Below, piece after piece: positions 18,730 to 28,077 of a DNA stretch of 64,000 bases. The position numbers and the translations under genes are program-made. Each line of letters opens with the position of its first letter. Position 1 is the first letter of the stretch. Source of the DNA: Nanobdellota archaeon (GTDB lineage Archaea > Nanobdellota > Nanobdellia > Pacearchaeales > GW2011-AR1); assembly GCA_018815925.1 (NCBI GenBank), contig JAHIWS010000019.1, positions 252-64,251 on the forward strand, written 5' to 3'. The notes beneath the pieces were generated by a model. It saw nothing but the letters and a program-made list of their open reading frames with translations. It was not told the origin of the DNA and ran no database searches.

Positions 18730-19026
18730 TTATTTGCCAGAAGTTAACAAATCAACTAGATTTTTTACTTCTTCTCTAATAATACGTGAACCACCTCTTG
18801 CTGAGGTATTTGAAGGATTTATTTTTATTGTAACATCATATCGAAGGGAAAAAAGACTGTCCCCTGAAAATTCATTTACCTTAATTTCTTCAATAGAAAA
18901 AATATTTCTTTTCTTAGTATTACTAACACCATACTTTTTATCTCAAATATAATTTAATACTTCAAAATATGTTTCATGAGAAATATTAAATTTGAGGGAT
19001 TTAATATAATCATGTCTTGTAACCAT
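18730..19026 (-). pseudogene. 99-codon ORF interrupted by one in-frame TGA (codon 28)
   Basis: ATG 19026...TAT ATT TGA(18945-18943) GAT AAA...TAA 18732-18730. MVTRHDYIKSLKFNISHETYFEVLNYI*DKKYGVSNTKKRNIFSIEEIKVNEFSGDSLFSLRYDVTIKINPSNTSARGGSRIIREEVKNLVDLLTSGK. The 71 codons after the TGA have no stop and no start codon. Confidence 0.5.
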
Positions 19027-19071
19027 TAGGTTAAATTAATATTGTATCTTTAAAAGCATTATTATAATAGA

Positions 19072-19800
19072 TCATATCCACCCCTTTCTAAATATGCCTT
19101 TGTTTTTTATTTCAAAAATCATTTCTTTTTTAGGCAAACTCCTATGTTTTAATAAAACAGCTTTTCTCTTATTCCCTTCTAATCTTAATTCAATAACACA
19201 TTTACTCCAATACTTAAACAAATCTCCCCCAACAATATTTGACTCAGCTATTTTTCCTGCTCTCCATTCTTCCTCAGACAAAAACCCCTTATACACCTGA
19301 TTTGTTATAATAATTGAAATTTTTTCTGATCTAGCTATCTCTGCTAAAATCCTCATTTGATTTGCAACTTCTCTATTAACTTTCCTTATATTCTCTTCCT
19401 CTCCTACTTGAATAGCATCTCCAAGTTCAAGCCTATAAAGCATTGCCATACTATCTACAATAATAAGTCCCACATGCTCTTTTTTAACTTGATTTAGCAA
19501 GGTCTGAAAAATCTTTTTTTGTTCATCAAAAGATTTTGGTTCAAGTAAAAGTATTTTCTCCAATAAGGTTTTATAATCTTCACCAACAATTTGTTTGACT
19601 CTCTCTGAAGAAAAACCTCCTTCTGTATCAATAAAAATAATTTTCTTCTCTTTTTTAGCCTGACTACAAGCAGCTAAAATACAAAAATTAGTCTTTCCGC
19701 TTCCAGGACCACCTGCAATCATAGTTATAACTCCTAATTCATAACCCCCAAAAAGCCATTTATTCAAATCATAAGAACCTGCTGATATTTTCTCAACCAT
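19072..19800 (-). CDS. radB: DNA repair and recombination protein RadB
   Basis: 242 aa. Walker A GGPGSGKT, IDTEGGFS, Walker B LIIVDS. RadA paralog without the N-terminal HhH domain. Confidence 0.85.
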   Translation of the reverse strand: MVEKISAGSYDLNKWLFGGYELGVITMIAGGPGSGKTNFCILAACSQAKKEKKIIFIDTEGGFSSERVKQIVGEDYKTLLEKILLLEPKSFDEQKKIFQTLLNQVKKEHVGLIIVDSMAMLYRLELGDAIQVGEEENIRKVNREVANQMRILAEIARSEKISIIITNQVYKGFLSEEEWRAGKIAESNIVGGDLFKYWSKCVIELRLEGNKRKAVLLKHRSLPKKEMIFEIKNKGIFRKGWI

Positions 19801-19848
19801 AAAGATTCAAATTTAAAAGAATTAATAAGGATTATTATAAAAGAAAAC

Positions 19849-20112
19849 CTATTTCATCTTTTTAAAATCATCAAGAGTCTTATCAAGATCTTTTGTAATT
19901 GCAACAACAGCATCATTTATAGCTTTTTTCGCTGTTTTGCCTTTTGTTTTTAAATTAAGTATAGGCTTTTCAGTAGGGTGGTCTCTTTTCCAGGCCACAA
20001 AACTAACACCAGAATCTTTATTTAAATAAACCCTAAGAAGTTCAGCAATAGTCAAACTCTCAAGTTTTACTTCTACTTCTTCTTTTTCAGCCTTAAGAAT
20101 ATCAATTTCCAT
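19849..20112 (-). CDS. rpoL: DNA-directed RNA polymerase subunit L (Rpo11)
   Basis: 87 aa. ...LTIAELLRVYL...VSFVAWKRDHP...PILNLKT fits the Rpo11/RpoL pattern. Confidence 0.7.
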   Translation of the reverse strand: MEIDILKAEKEEVEVKLESLTIAELLRVYLNKDSGVSFVAWKRDHPTEKPILNLKTKGKTAKKAINDAVVAITKDLDKTLDDFKKMK

Positions 20113-20150
20113 ATAAAGAATTCTCTAATCTAGTTTAAAAAGCTTGTGAT

Positions 20151-20945
20151 TCACTTACCCCAAATTAAATCATCATCTTCATCTTCAGAAAAACCATTTT
20201 CTTTATCTTGTTCTTCAAGATCAATAAACTCTTCACTAACATAACTAGAACCTTCTTCTTTAATGGGTTTTGGGACTTCCAAATCTTTTTGACTCAAACC
20301 TTTACTTTTCATTTCTTTTAAATCAGAAATAGTCAAATTTCTAGCAGTAGAAGCATCAAAATCTAAAACTTTTTCTTTTTGAAATTCTTCAGAATCAAGA
20401 GGTCTTTTTGTCAGATTAACATTTAAAAAATTCTCAAGTTTAGTTATTATACGATATCCATCTTGAGGAAGAATTCCTTGTTCTAACATTTTTACTGCTG
20501 TTTCAGATTCAGCAATTTCTTTTGCAAACTGAGCTTGATTTAATTTTTTTGACCTTCTCATCCTCATAATAATCCAGTGAAAATTATCAATTAAACTATC
20601 AGTTAGCCTAGACTTTTCCTTAGAAGTTCTCTTAAGATTTCTATCAACAATCTCTTTTAAAGTAGTTTCTTGCCTTCCTAAATCACCAGACATATTTGTT
20701 TTTTTTATATCATTAATTGTCTTTTTATCAAATCCTGACATTTGAGAAAGTCTTTCATAAACTGACTTGTTTGCTTTTTCAAGAGTTTCAGCTTCTTTGA
20801 TTTGAAAAGTTGTTGGTCTTTTAACTAAAGGTAATCTTTCTTTAGAAAAGCACTCTTTACAAACTTTGACAATTCCATCTCCAGAAATAACATCAAAAAG
20901 CCTAACTCTATCCATCCCTACACCACACTTAAAACATCTTACCAT
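20151..20945 (-). CDS. MBF1-like Zn-ribbon + HTH (XRE) protein with acidic tail
   Basis: CFKCG...CKEC ribbon, cro/C1-type HTH LNQAQFAKEIAESETAVKMLEQG, C-terminal EEQDKENGFSEDEDDD. Confidence 0.55.
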   Translation of the reverse strand: MVRCFKCGVGMDRVRLFDVISGDGIVKVCKECFSKERLPLVKRPTTFQIKEAETLEKANKSVYERLSQMSGFDKKTINDIKKTNMSGDLGRQETTLKEIVDRNLKRTSKEKSRLTDSLIDNFHWIIMRMRRSKKLNQAQFAKEIAESETAVKMLEQGILPQDGYRIITKLENFLNVNLTKRPLDSEEFQKEKVLDFDASTARNLTISDLKEMKSKGLSQKDLEVPKPIKEEGSSYVSEEFIDLEEQDKENGFSEDEDDDLIWGK

Positions 20946-20998
20946 GAAGCAAGGCAGTTAAACCTCTTTTTTAAGATTTCTGTGATAGAAAGACATTA

Positions 20999-21658
20999 TT
21001 AATTAATATCTAAAAATTGCCTGATTTCCTTCAAAGAATCAATTGTTTCAAATTTTTGTGCTTCATTAACAAAAATTATAGGGGTTTTCTCTAAATCATA
21101 AAAATCTCTCAAGGCATTTAAAGATTCCACATTAGTATCAACAGCTATTGGAATTAAAACTATCTTATCCCCATATTCTCCTTTAAGGTCTAATAAAAGA
21201 CTGCTCATTGTTCCTTGTGTTGCTTTAGTAGTCAAAGAAGGATTATTATATTGATAAAGATAAACAATTGTATTTATTTTTCCCCCACACTTTTCTTTAG
21301 CCATAATAACATTTTCCCATAATAAAGTCCTAAGTAAATCATATCTTCTATGCAAGGAAATTAACTCCTCTGTAATTTTATTAGAATTATCATACTTTTC
21401 TAATTGCCTGGCCTCCCAGTAAACTTTGTCTGCAAAATAAATGCTTTCATTATTAATTGAATCACAACTAAGTCCAAAACCATAAATAATCTCAGAAGCC
21501 AACTGAAAATCAAAAATATCAGTTTCTATATTAAAATAAAAATCTTGTAATTTTTCTACTCTTGATTTTTCAAAATAAATACCTATTAAAATACCCATCC
21601 AAAATACAATTAATGCTATAACAAGGGCTTGCCAAAAAACATTCTTATTGTTTGACAT
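20999..21658 (-). CDS. membrane-anchored hypothetical protein
   Basis: One N-terminal TM helix (WQALVIALIVFWMGILIGIYF). The track start is GTG, so ATG at 21658 is preferred. Confidence 0.45.
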   Translation of the reverse strand: MSNNKNVFWQALVIALIVFWMGILIGIYFEKSRVEKLQDFYFNIETDIFDFQLASEIIYGFGLSCDSINNESIYFADKVYWEARQLEKYDNSNKITEELISLHRRYDLLRTLLWENVIMAKEKCGGKINTIVYLYQYNNPSLTTKATQGTMSSLLLDLKGEYGDKIVLIPIAVDTNVESLNALRDFYDLEKTPIIFVNEAQKFETIDSLKEIRQFLDIN

Positions 21659-21703
21659 GATTTCATATAAATAAAACACTATTTAAAAATTTATGAGGTG
21701 TTT

Positions 21704-22939
21704 TCACCACCTAAAATCTTTTTTTAAATATCTATAAAAAGTTGCATACCAAATAATAGGATAAAATGCTAAAAACACTAACATATAAAAAATAAGATTC
21801 AAAAACCTCCCAAAAGTAATTCTATTATAAAATTTAGTTTTAGTCAACACATATCTATAATATATTAAAGATGAAAAAAATAAAATTATAAAATAAAATA
21901 TCATTACAGAAGGTATAAGATTTATTTCTTGCATATGAAAAAGAGAAATATTAGAAGCAATTGAATATCCTGTAGTTAAAATTCTCGTTAAAAAAGCTTT
22001 TCCAAGAATATAAGAAGAAAAAGCAAAACCCCCAATACTTAGAAAAATACTTAGAAAAACAAAAGGCATAACAAACCTCCCAAACAACCCTCTCCTTAAA
22101 AATTTATGTTTATATTTTTTAAGAGCCTGAATACCTCCAATTCCCCACCTAACTCTTTGCCTAAACCATTTTTTAAAAGTAGTTGGAACAACAGTAGAAA
22201 CACGTGCATCAAGACACATTCCTGTTTTATATCCCTTACTTAATAAATTCCAGGTAATATCAATATCCTCTGTAATAGAATCTTTATCAAAACCACCAAC
22301 TTTTACAACATAATCCTTCCTATATAAACTCAAAGGCCCATTAGTAACATAAACACTATCAATAAAATCTAATAATTTTCTATTCCACCCCATAATCATA
22401 TACTCTAATGCCTGAACCTTTCCATATAAATTACCTTCTTTATTCCTAACACTAACAAAAGAAGTAACAGCTGCCACCTTTTTATCATCAAAATAACCTG
22501 TAAGCTTTTTTAATGATTCCTTAGAGGGAAAACTATCTGCATCTGTTACAGCAATTAAATCACCATTAGCAATTTTAATAGCCTGGTTAAGAGAATCTGC
22601 TTTTCCAGAATTTTTCTTGTTTAATAATTCCAAATTACTATATTTCTTTAAAAGCCTCCCCACTATCTCTTTAGTTTTATCTGTACTCCCATCATTTACC
22701 ACAATTACTTGAAAATTATTCATAGGATAATCACAAGCCATAACATTTCTAATAGTTTCCTCGATGCTCTCTTCCTCATTAAATGCAGGAACAATAACAC
22801 TTATATTATATCCTAGGTTTGGTTTAGGATAAGAAAAAAGTCTTTTCCTATTTTTTACAGTAAGTATTATGAAAAAAGACATCATGTAAATAGAAATAAA
22901 CATTAATCCAAGATATACACTTGTTACAAATTCCACCAT
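21704..22939 (-). CDS. Processive family-2 glycosyltransferase (PgaC/NodC/chitin-synthase-like)
   Basis: 411 aa. VNDGSTD, TDADS, ITEDID and the QRVRW (QxxRW) motif. TM helices at both ends. Confidence 0.85.
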   Translation of the reverse strand: MVEFVTSVYLGLMFISIYMMSFFIILTVKNRKRLFSYPKPNLGYNISVIVPAFNEEESIEETIRNVMACDYPMNNFQVIVVNDGSTDKTKEIVGRLLKKYSNLELLNKKNSGKADSLNQAIKIANGDLIAVTDADSFPSKESLKKLTGYFDDKKVAAVTSFVSVRNKEGNLYGKVQALEYMIMGWNRKLLDFIDSVYVTNGPLSLYRKDYVVKVGGFDKDSITEDIDITWNLLSKGYKTGMCLDARVSTVVPTTFKKWFRQRVRWGIGGIQALKKYKHKFLRRGLFGRFVMPFVFLSIFLSIGGFAFSSYILGKAFLTRILTTGYSIASNISLFHMQEINLIPSVMIFYFIILFFSSLIYYRYVLTKTKFYNRITFGRFLNLIFYMLVFLAFYPIIWYATFYRYLKKDFRW

Positions 22940-22955
22940 CCTAATCTTTTAGGAT

Positions 22956-23483
22956 TTATTCTTTAAAAGGATTATTGGAGTCATCCACATTAAAATAATC
23001 ATAAAATTCATCACTTAAACTCAATTCATGTGTATGACCTACTCTTTTTTTTCGAATTAAATTTAAATCAACAAATTTCTTAACATGATCGTAAGCCTTA
23101 TTTCCCCTAATCTTAATTATAACTGACTGCTTAATCGGATATTTAAATGCAATAATAGCCAAGGTTTCTTGTTCTGCCTTTGAAAATTCAGAACGTCCTG
23201 TAGCTAATTTATTAATTATGTCAGAATATTCTGGCTTAACATCCATTTTCCACATATCGCTTTTTTCAACAATTCTTAAAGCAGAATCTCCACCATCATA
23301 TTTCTCTTTAAGTTGCTCAAGTAAATCTCTTATTATGATTGGATTTAAATCACTTAAAGAAATAATATCAGCCATTCCAAGAAATCTACCGCTTACAAAA
23401 AGAATAGCTTCTATTCTTTTTAAATCCTCTTTTTCACAAGCCTCATCAACTTCATCTATTGTTTTACTGCTAACTTCCACCAT
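22956..23483 (-). CDS. scpB: Segregation and condensation protein B
   Basis: 175 aa. IEAILFVSGRFL..., ETLAIIAFKYPIKQSVIIKIRG: tandem winged-helix pattern of ScpB. Confidence 0.75.
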   Translation of the reverse strand: MVEVSSKTIDEVDEACEKEDLKRIEAILFVSGRFLGMADIISLSDLNPIIIRDLLEQLKEKYDGGDSALRIVEKSDMWKMDVKPEYSDIINKLATGRSEFSKAEQETLAIIAFKYPIKQSVIIKIRGNKAYDHVKKFVDLNLIRKKRVGHTHELSLSDEFYDYFNVDDSNNPFKE

Positions 23484-23530
23484 TAGAAAATAAAATGAGC
23501 TAAGTTTATAAGAGTTTTTGAAATATCTTT

Positions 23531-23830
23531 TTACCCATAATTAGTAATTAGTCTTTTCTTAGTTTTTCTACCTAAAATCAAATTAGCAGTAAGAGAAGAA
23601 ATATTATATCTTGAACTTACCAAAAATCTAATTTCTTCTTCTAAAAAAGGTAGATTCATTCCAGGAGCAGAATTAAAAAAAGATCTCCATTTATTATCTT
23701 TTTTTATTCCCAAAATAACAATATCTTGGGAAACTCTTCCTTCTGTTTTAAAAATATCTGCAGGAGTAAGTGAAACTGCAACATAATAATCTTCTGTTCT
23801 AAAAATATCGTAACTTATACTTTTTTTCAT
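23531..23830 (-). CDS. hypothetical protein
   Basis: 99-aa ATG ORF; no motif. Confidence 0.4.
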   Translation of the reverse strand: MKKSISYDIFRTEDYYVAVSLTPADIFKTEGRVSQDIVILGIKKDNKWRSFFNSAPGMNLPFLEEEIRFLVSSRYNISSLTANLILGRKTKKRLITNYG

Positions 23831-23864
23831 AAAAAACCAAATAATTAATCTTTTTTAAATTTTC

Positions 23865-25364
23865 CTAAACCTTAAATCTCAAAATACTGCCAATTCCACT
23901 AAGGTTTTTAAACTGATCTCCTTCTTCTGTCTCTGTAGAAACAATTTCTACTTTTGCCCCAGTATCTTCAGCTAGTTTAGATAATTCTTTTACAATCTTC
24001 TTAGAAGTTTCCTTAGAAAGAATCAAAGTATCGACAGCACCATATTTTAAAGCTTGTTCTGTATCTGGTTCTTTTAAAGTAGCCATTTCAGGATTTCTAC
24101 CCAAAGTATCAAAAAATTTCTCTAAAAGTTTTTTCTCATACATTATTTCCTGACTTGCTAAAATATCTTGAGATTTCATTACAAGCTCTTTAAGACCACT
24201 TCCAGAAGTATCTCCTACATCAATCCTACCAATAACTTTCTCTCTAAGTTTTGTAGCCATATACTCTCCATCAAGAAACTCATCTTTTGTTGGAATCGGT
24301 CCTCCAACCAAAATCCCTTTTAATTTCTTATTATCAAAAAAAATCTTTTTCATTTCCTCTGCAATTCTTTTATAAAATTCCTTTGTGAGACCTTCTGTTA
24401 TTCTATGAAATCTTTGAGATGAATTATGGACAAGAAATCCGTTTGCAAAAAAGTTTTTACCTTCTGTTTCTATATCTATTAAATTAAAATTTCCTTCTTT
24501 TTGTTTTATATCAATTACTTTTAATTCTAAAACACCATAATTATTAGAACAAATTAATATGTCACCTTCTTTTAAGTCCTTTGCAATAATTTCCTTAATT
24601 CCATGCTTATCTTTTTTAAAAAAAGTATGATCTAAAGATGAAATAATAGATTCTTCATCTTCAACAAAAATTTCTAGAACTTTATTTTTAATAACCTCCC
24701 ACTTATTTTCTACTCTTGTGAAAATAATTTTATTACTCTTAATATCCAACGCCCTTATTTTATCAGTTAAGTTCAAATCAGCTATATCCTTATTCCCTTT
24801 ATTTAAACCAACCCAACTATTAGGTGCTAGGCATTGACCTCCAGCCCGAACCTTGCTAGGAACTCCTGAAGTCATCTTTTGAAGAACCTCTATTCTCTTC
24901 CCCTCAAGCAGTCCAATAGCTGCTTCCTTTCTATCCATAACAAGCAAACCAAAAACTTCTGTAACCTCCAGCATTTCTTTTAATGCATCTAAAACAAATT
25001 CTTTATCACACCTATAAATTCTAATCTTCAGAGGCATAGGTGGTTCAATATCCCAGAGTTGTAAATCTTGTTGCCCTTCAATTTTTGATATATTCCCTGC
25101 AAAAAGTGCTAAACCATTTTCAGGTGTTTTCTTCAAACTCTTTAAATGCCTAACAATTTTTTCAAGAGCCTCAATAACATTTTTTCTTGTAGCAGTTGAT
25201 TTAATATTTTTAGCAGTACTCTTTTCTGCCTCAAGCTGCCTTTGTACAGAATTCACATCATACCCTGCAGAAATATAAACAGTAATTAACTCTGTATGTC
25301 TCCCATGGTGTTTTTCCAATTCTTCTATTGTCTCCTGTAATTCATCTCTTGACAAAACTGTCAT
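23865..25364 (-). CDS. prf1: Peptide chain release factor aRF1, interrupted by a mini-intein
   Basis: NIKS (AKNIKST), YxCxxxF (IYRCDKEF) and GGQ...SSQRF motifs. The track start 25418 is TTG. ATG 25364 (MTVLSRDELQETIEEL) lies 22-30 nt downstream of a TTTTATAAA box. Confidence 0.92.
   Translation of the reverse strand: MTVLSRDELQETIEELEKHHGRHTELITVYISAGYDVNSVQRQLEAEKSTAKNIKSTATRKNVIEALEKIVRHLKSLKKTPENGLALFAGNISKIEGQQDLQLWDIEPPMPLKIRIYRCDKEFVLDALKEMLEVTEVFGLLVMDRKEAAIGLLEGKRIEVLQKMTSGVPSKVRAGGQCLAPNSWVGLNKGNKDIADLNLTDKIRALDIKSNKIIFTRVENKWEVIKNKVLEIFVEDEESIISSLDHTFFKKDKHGIKEIIAKDLKEGDILICSNNYGVLELKVIDIKQKEGNFNLIDIETEGKNFFANGFLVHNSSQRFHRITEGLTKEFYKRIAEEMKKIFFDNKKLKGILVGGPIPTKDEFLDGEYMATKLREKVIGRIDVGDTSGSGLKELVMKSQDILASQEIMYEKKLLEKFFDTLGRNPEMATLKEPDTEQALKYGAVDTLILSKETSKKIVKELSKLAEDTGAKVEIVSTETEEGDQFKNLSGIGSILRFKV
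24423..24833 (-). mobile_element. 137-aa mini-intein inserted after GGQ of aRF1
   Basis: ...RAGGQ|CLAPNSWVGL...SSLDHTFF...NLIDIETEGKNFFANGFLVHN|SSQRF. Cys1, terminal His-Asn and +1 Ser are present. There is no room for a homing-endonuclease domain. Excision restores GGQSSQRF. Confidence 0.85.
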
Positions 25365-25385
25365 AATAAGAATAAAACTAGGGGG

Positions 25386-25394
25386 TTTATAAAA
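25386..25394 (-). promoter_or_regulatory. TATA-like box for aRF1 (leaderless spacing)
   Basis: Minus strand TTTTATAAA, 22-30 nt upstream of ATG 25364. Confidence 0.35.
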
Positions 25395-25404
25395 TTTAGT
25401 CAAT

Positions 25405-25674
25405 TTAATCAAGTCCAACCAATAATCCTTCTAAATCTTTATAAAATAATTGCCTTTTTTCTAGAGTTGTTAAAAGAGTATATTTTTCCTGATCTTTTTC
25501 TTGATAAGACAATAAACCTAAAAAATAATAATTTCCCTCTTTTCTATCTTTTACCTGAACTATTTTTTTAGAGTGTCTCTGTACTTCTTCTCTGTTATTT
25601 TCTATTGTTCCTTCTAATTGAATCTCAACAAAAACAGAAGGAATAGTATATCTTTTTTTAGCCATTTTAAACAA
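25405..25674 (-). CDS. hypothetical protein
   Basis: 89-aa ATG ORF between valS and prf1; no motif. Confidence 0.4.
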   Translation of the reverse strand: MFKMAKKRYTIPSVFVEIQLEGTIENNREEVQRHSKKIVQVKDRKEGNYYFLGLLSYQEKDQEKYTLLTTLEKRQLFYKDLEGLLVGLD

Positions 25675-25728
25675 AATCCTAAAAAGTATTTAATAATTAT
25701 TGCAATATAAAACAATATAAATTCAATC

Positions 25729-28026
25729 TTAAACAATATTGTGTGTAGCTATTAAATCTTTCTTAAATTCATCTAAAAATTTAGGTATTTTAATTTCTCT
25801 AATTTCATCTCTTAATGAAATTCCTTTTTCTTTTTTCTTTTTCCAAACTTCACTATTAAATTTAATCAACTCATTAAAAATTTTAATATCTTCTTTATTT
25901 TGTTTTATATCTAATTTTTTAGGCCATGAAGAAATATGGATACTTTTTTGTTTTTCTTTTTTCTCAAAATATTCTTGATAAATCTCCTCTGTAATAAAAG
26001 GAATAATTGGAGCCATTAATTTCAATAAAATTAAAAGAGAATTATAAAGTGTAAAAAATGCAGATTGTTTTTCATGATTTGTCCCATTATAAACCCTTTT
26101 TTTAATAAGCTCTAAATAATTATCGCAAAAGATATGCCAAAAAAAGTTACTAGTTTCTAATTTAACTTTATTATATTCATAATTCTTAAAATTCTTAGTA
26201 CAAATTTCAATCAAATCATTTAATCTAGATAAAAACAACCTATCTGTTTCAATTAAATTCGCCTTTTTGGAATTATAATTTTTAAGATTCATAAAGACAA
26301 ATCTAGATGCATTAAACAATTTTATCATAAATTTTTTCCCAGCAACTAAATCTTGTTCTTGATAATTAACATCACTTCCTAAACTAAACCCTGCTGCCCA
26401 AAATCTCAAGGCATCTGCCCCATATTCTTCTAAAAGTTTTTTAGGCTCAATTCCTGTTCCTTTAGACTTTGACATTTTTTCTCCTCCAAGTTTTGTATAA
26501 CCTGAAATCATAATATTTTTCCAAGGCAATTTTTTCTCAGATAAATAACTCCTAACAATTGTGTAAAAAGCCCAAGTTCTAATTATATCATGTGCCTGAG
26601 GTCTTAAGGAATACGGAACTTTAATTTCATTATTAATAAGAGAACTAGCAATTTGAGGAGTCAAAGAAGATGTTGCCCATGTATCAAGAACTTTTTCTTC
26701 TCCTTTAGCTTCTTTTTTACACTTAGAACATATTTTTTTAGTTTGTAAAGGATCAACAGGCAATTCATTTTCTTTTGCTAAAATAAGTTCATTACAATCT
26801 TTACAATGCCAAACAGGAAAAGGAATTCCAAAATGTCTTTCTCTAGAAATACTCCAATCCCATTCTAAACCATTGACCCAATTTTCATATCTCTTATACA
26901 TATATTTAGGGTACCAATTAATTTTTTTCCCTTGAGAAATCCAAGTTTTTTTATTATCTAAAATCTTAATAAACCATTGTTCTGTGGGAAGAAATTCAAT
27001 TTCAGTTCCACATTTATCATGAACATTAACAACATTGGTTATTTGTTTTTGATCTTGAATCAATGTTTTTTCCTTAAGATCTTGAAGAATTTTTTTTCTA
27101 GCTTCTTTAATCTTTAATCCTTTATATTCACCCTCTTTAATTGTTCCATTTGTATTTAAAATAATTTTTTCAACAAGTTTGTACCTGTTTATCGCATCAA
27201 CATCAAATTTATCCCCATAACTACAAACCATCAAAGCCCCTGTACCTTTCCCAATATCAGCAGATTTATCAGCAATAATAGGAACTTCAAAATCAAATAA
27301 GGCCACTTTTGCCTTTTTACCAATTATTTTCTTATATCTATTATCATCAGGATGAACAAAAACAGCAACACAAGCTCCAAGTAATTCAGGCCTAGTTGTT
27401 GCAATTAAAAGATCTTTATCTTCACATTTAAATTTCAAAGTAGAAAACAAGCTATCTTGTTCTTTATCTTCTAATTCTGCTTGAGCAATAGTTGTCTGGC
27501 ACTCAGGACACCAAATTGTTGGAAATTCTTTTTTATAAGCTAGTCTTTTATTATATAAATCAATAAAAGCCTTTTGAGAAATTTTTTGGGTTTTTTTATC
27601 AATTGTAGAATAATAAATATTATAATCTGCACTTATTCCTAAATCTTTATATCCTTTAATAAAATCAGGAGTTATCTTCTTAAGAGTTTTAAGACAAAGC
27701 TCAATAAACTTAGCCCGAGACATGCTCTTACTTTTAATTTTATTTATTTTTTCAACATATCTCTCTGTAGGTAATCCATTATCATCTGTTCCAAATCCAT
27801 AAAAAACAGCTCCTTTAAACATCCTCATAAATCTAGCAATAAAATCTTGTTGAGAATAAGAAAAAGCATGCCCCATATGCATTGCTCCAGAAACATAAGG
27901 TGGAGGAGTATCAATAGAAAAAACAGGTTTTTTATTACTAGAATCAAATCTATAGATTTTCTCTTTTTCCCAAAATTTTTTCCATTTTTCTTCAACCTGT
28001 TTAAAATCATATTTGTTCTTAGACAT
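25729..28026 (-). CDS. valS: Valyl-tRNA synthetase
   Basis: TPPPYVSGAMHMGHAF (HIGH region), TTRPELLGAC (editing domain), KMSKSKG. The track start 28041 is GTG, so ATG 28026 is preferred. Confidence 0.88.
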   Translation of the reverse strand: MSKNKYDFKQVEEKWKKFWEKEKIYRFDSSNKKPVFSIDTPPPYVSGAMHMGHAFSYSQQDFIARFMRMFKGAVFYGFGTDDNGLPTERYVEKINKIKSKSMSRAKFIELCLKTLKKITPDFIKGYKDLGISADYNIYYSTIDKKTQKISQKAFIDLYNKRLAYKKEFPTIWCPECQTTIAQAELEDKEQDSLFSTLKFKCEDKDLLIATTRPELLGACVAVFVHPDDNRYKKIIGKKAKVALFDFEVPIIADKSADIGKGTGALMVCSYGDKFDVDAINRYKLVEKIILNTNGTIKEGEYKGLKIKEARKKILQDLKEKTLIQDQKQITNVVNVHDKCGTEIEFLPTEQWFIKILDNKKTWISQGKKINWYPKYMYKRYENWVNGLEWDWSISRERHFGIPFPVWHCKDCNELILAKENELPVDPLQTKKICSKCKKEAKGEEKVLDTWATSSLTPQIASSLINNEIKVPYSLRPQAHDIIRTWAFYTIVRSYLSEKKLPWKNIMISGYTKLGGEKMSKSKGTGIEPKKLLEEYGADALRFWAAGFSLGSDVNYQEQDLVAGKKFMIKLFNASRFVFMNLKNYNSKKANLIETDRLFLSRLNDLIEICTKNFKNYEYNKVKLETSNFFWHIFCDNYLELIKKRVYNGTNHEKQSAFFTLYNSLLILLKLMAPIIPFITEEIYQEYFEKKEKQKSIHISSWPKKLDIKQNKEDIKIFNELIKFNSEVWKKKKEKGISLRDEIREIKIPKFLDEFKKDLIATHNIV

Positions 28027-28077
28027 AAGGAAAAAAGACACAACAACTTTTAAAAACTATCTATAATTCACTATCTT

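Noticed and set aside
18943-18945. In-frame TGA as evidence for genome-wide UGA recoding or selenocysteine.
   Set aside because: TGA terminates several genes at the expected ends of conserved proteins in this window (Sun-family methyltransferase 4703, fba 43595, pfkB 42849, pgk 36302). I saw no SECIS-like hairpin, and no Sec machinery is present in the window. Local nonsense mutation or a sequencing error is more parsimonious. It is kept as a finding only for verification.
18734-18952. Track ORF (72 aa, plus strand) between nreA and radB.
   Set aside because: It is TTG-initiated, hydrophobic and low-complexity. It is antisense to a much better 99-codon frame with one internal TGA on the minus strand.
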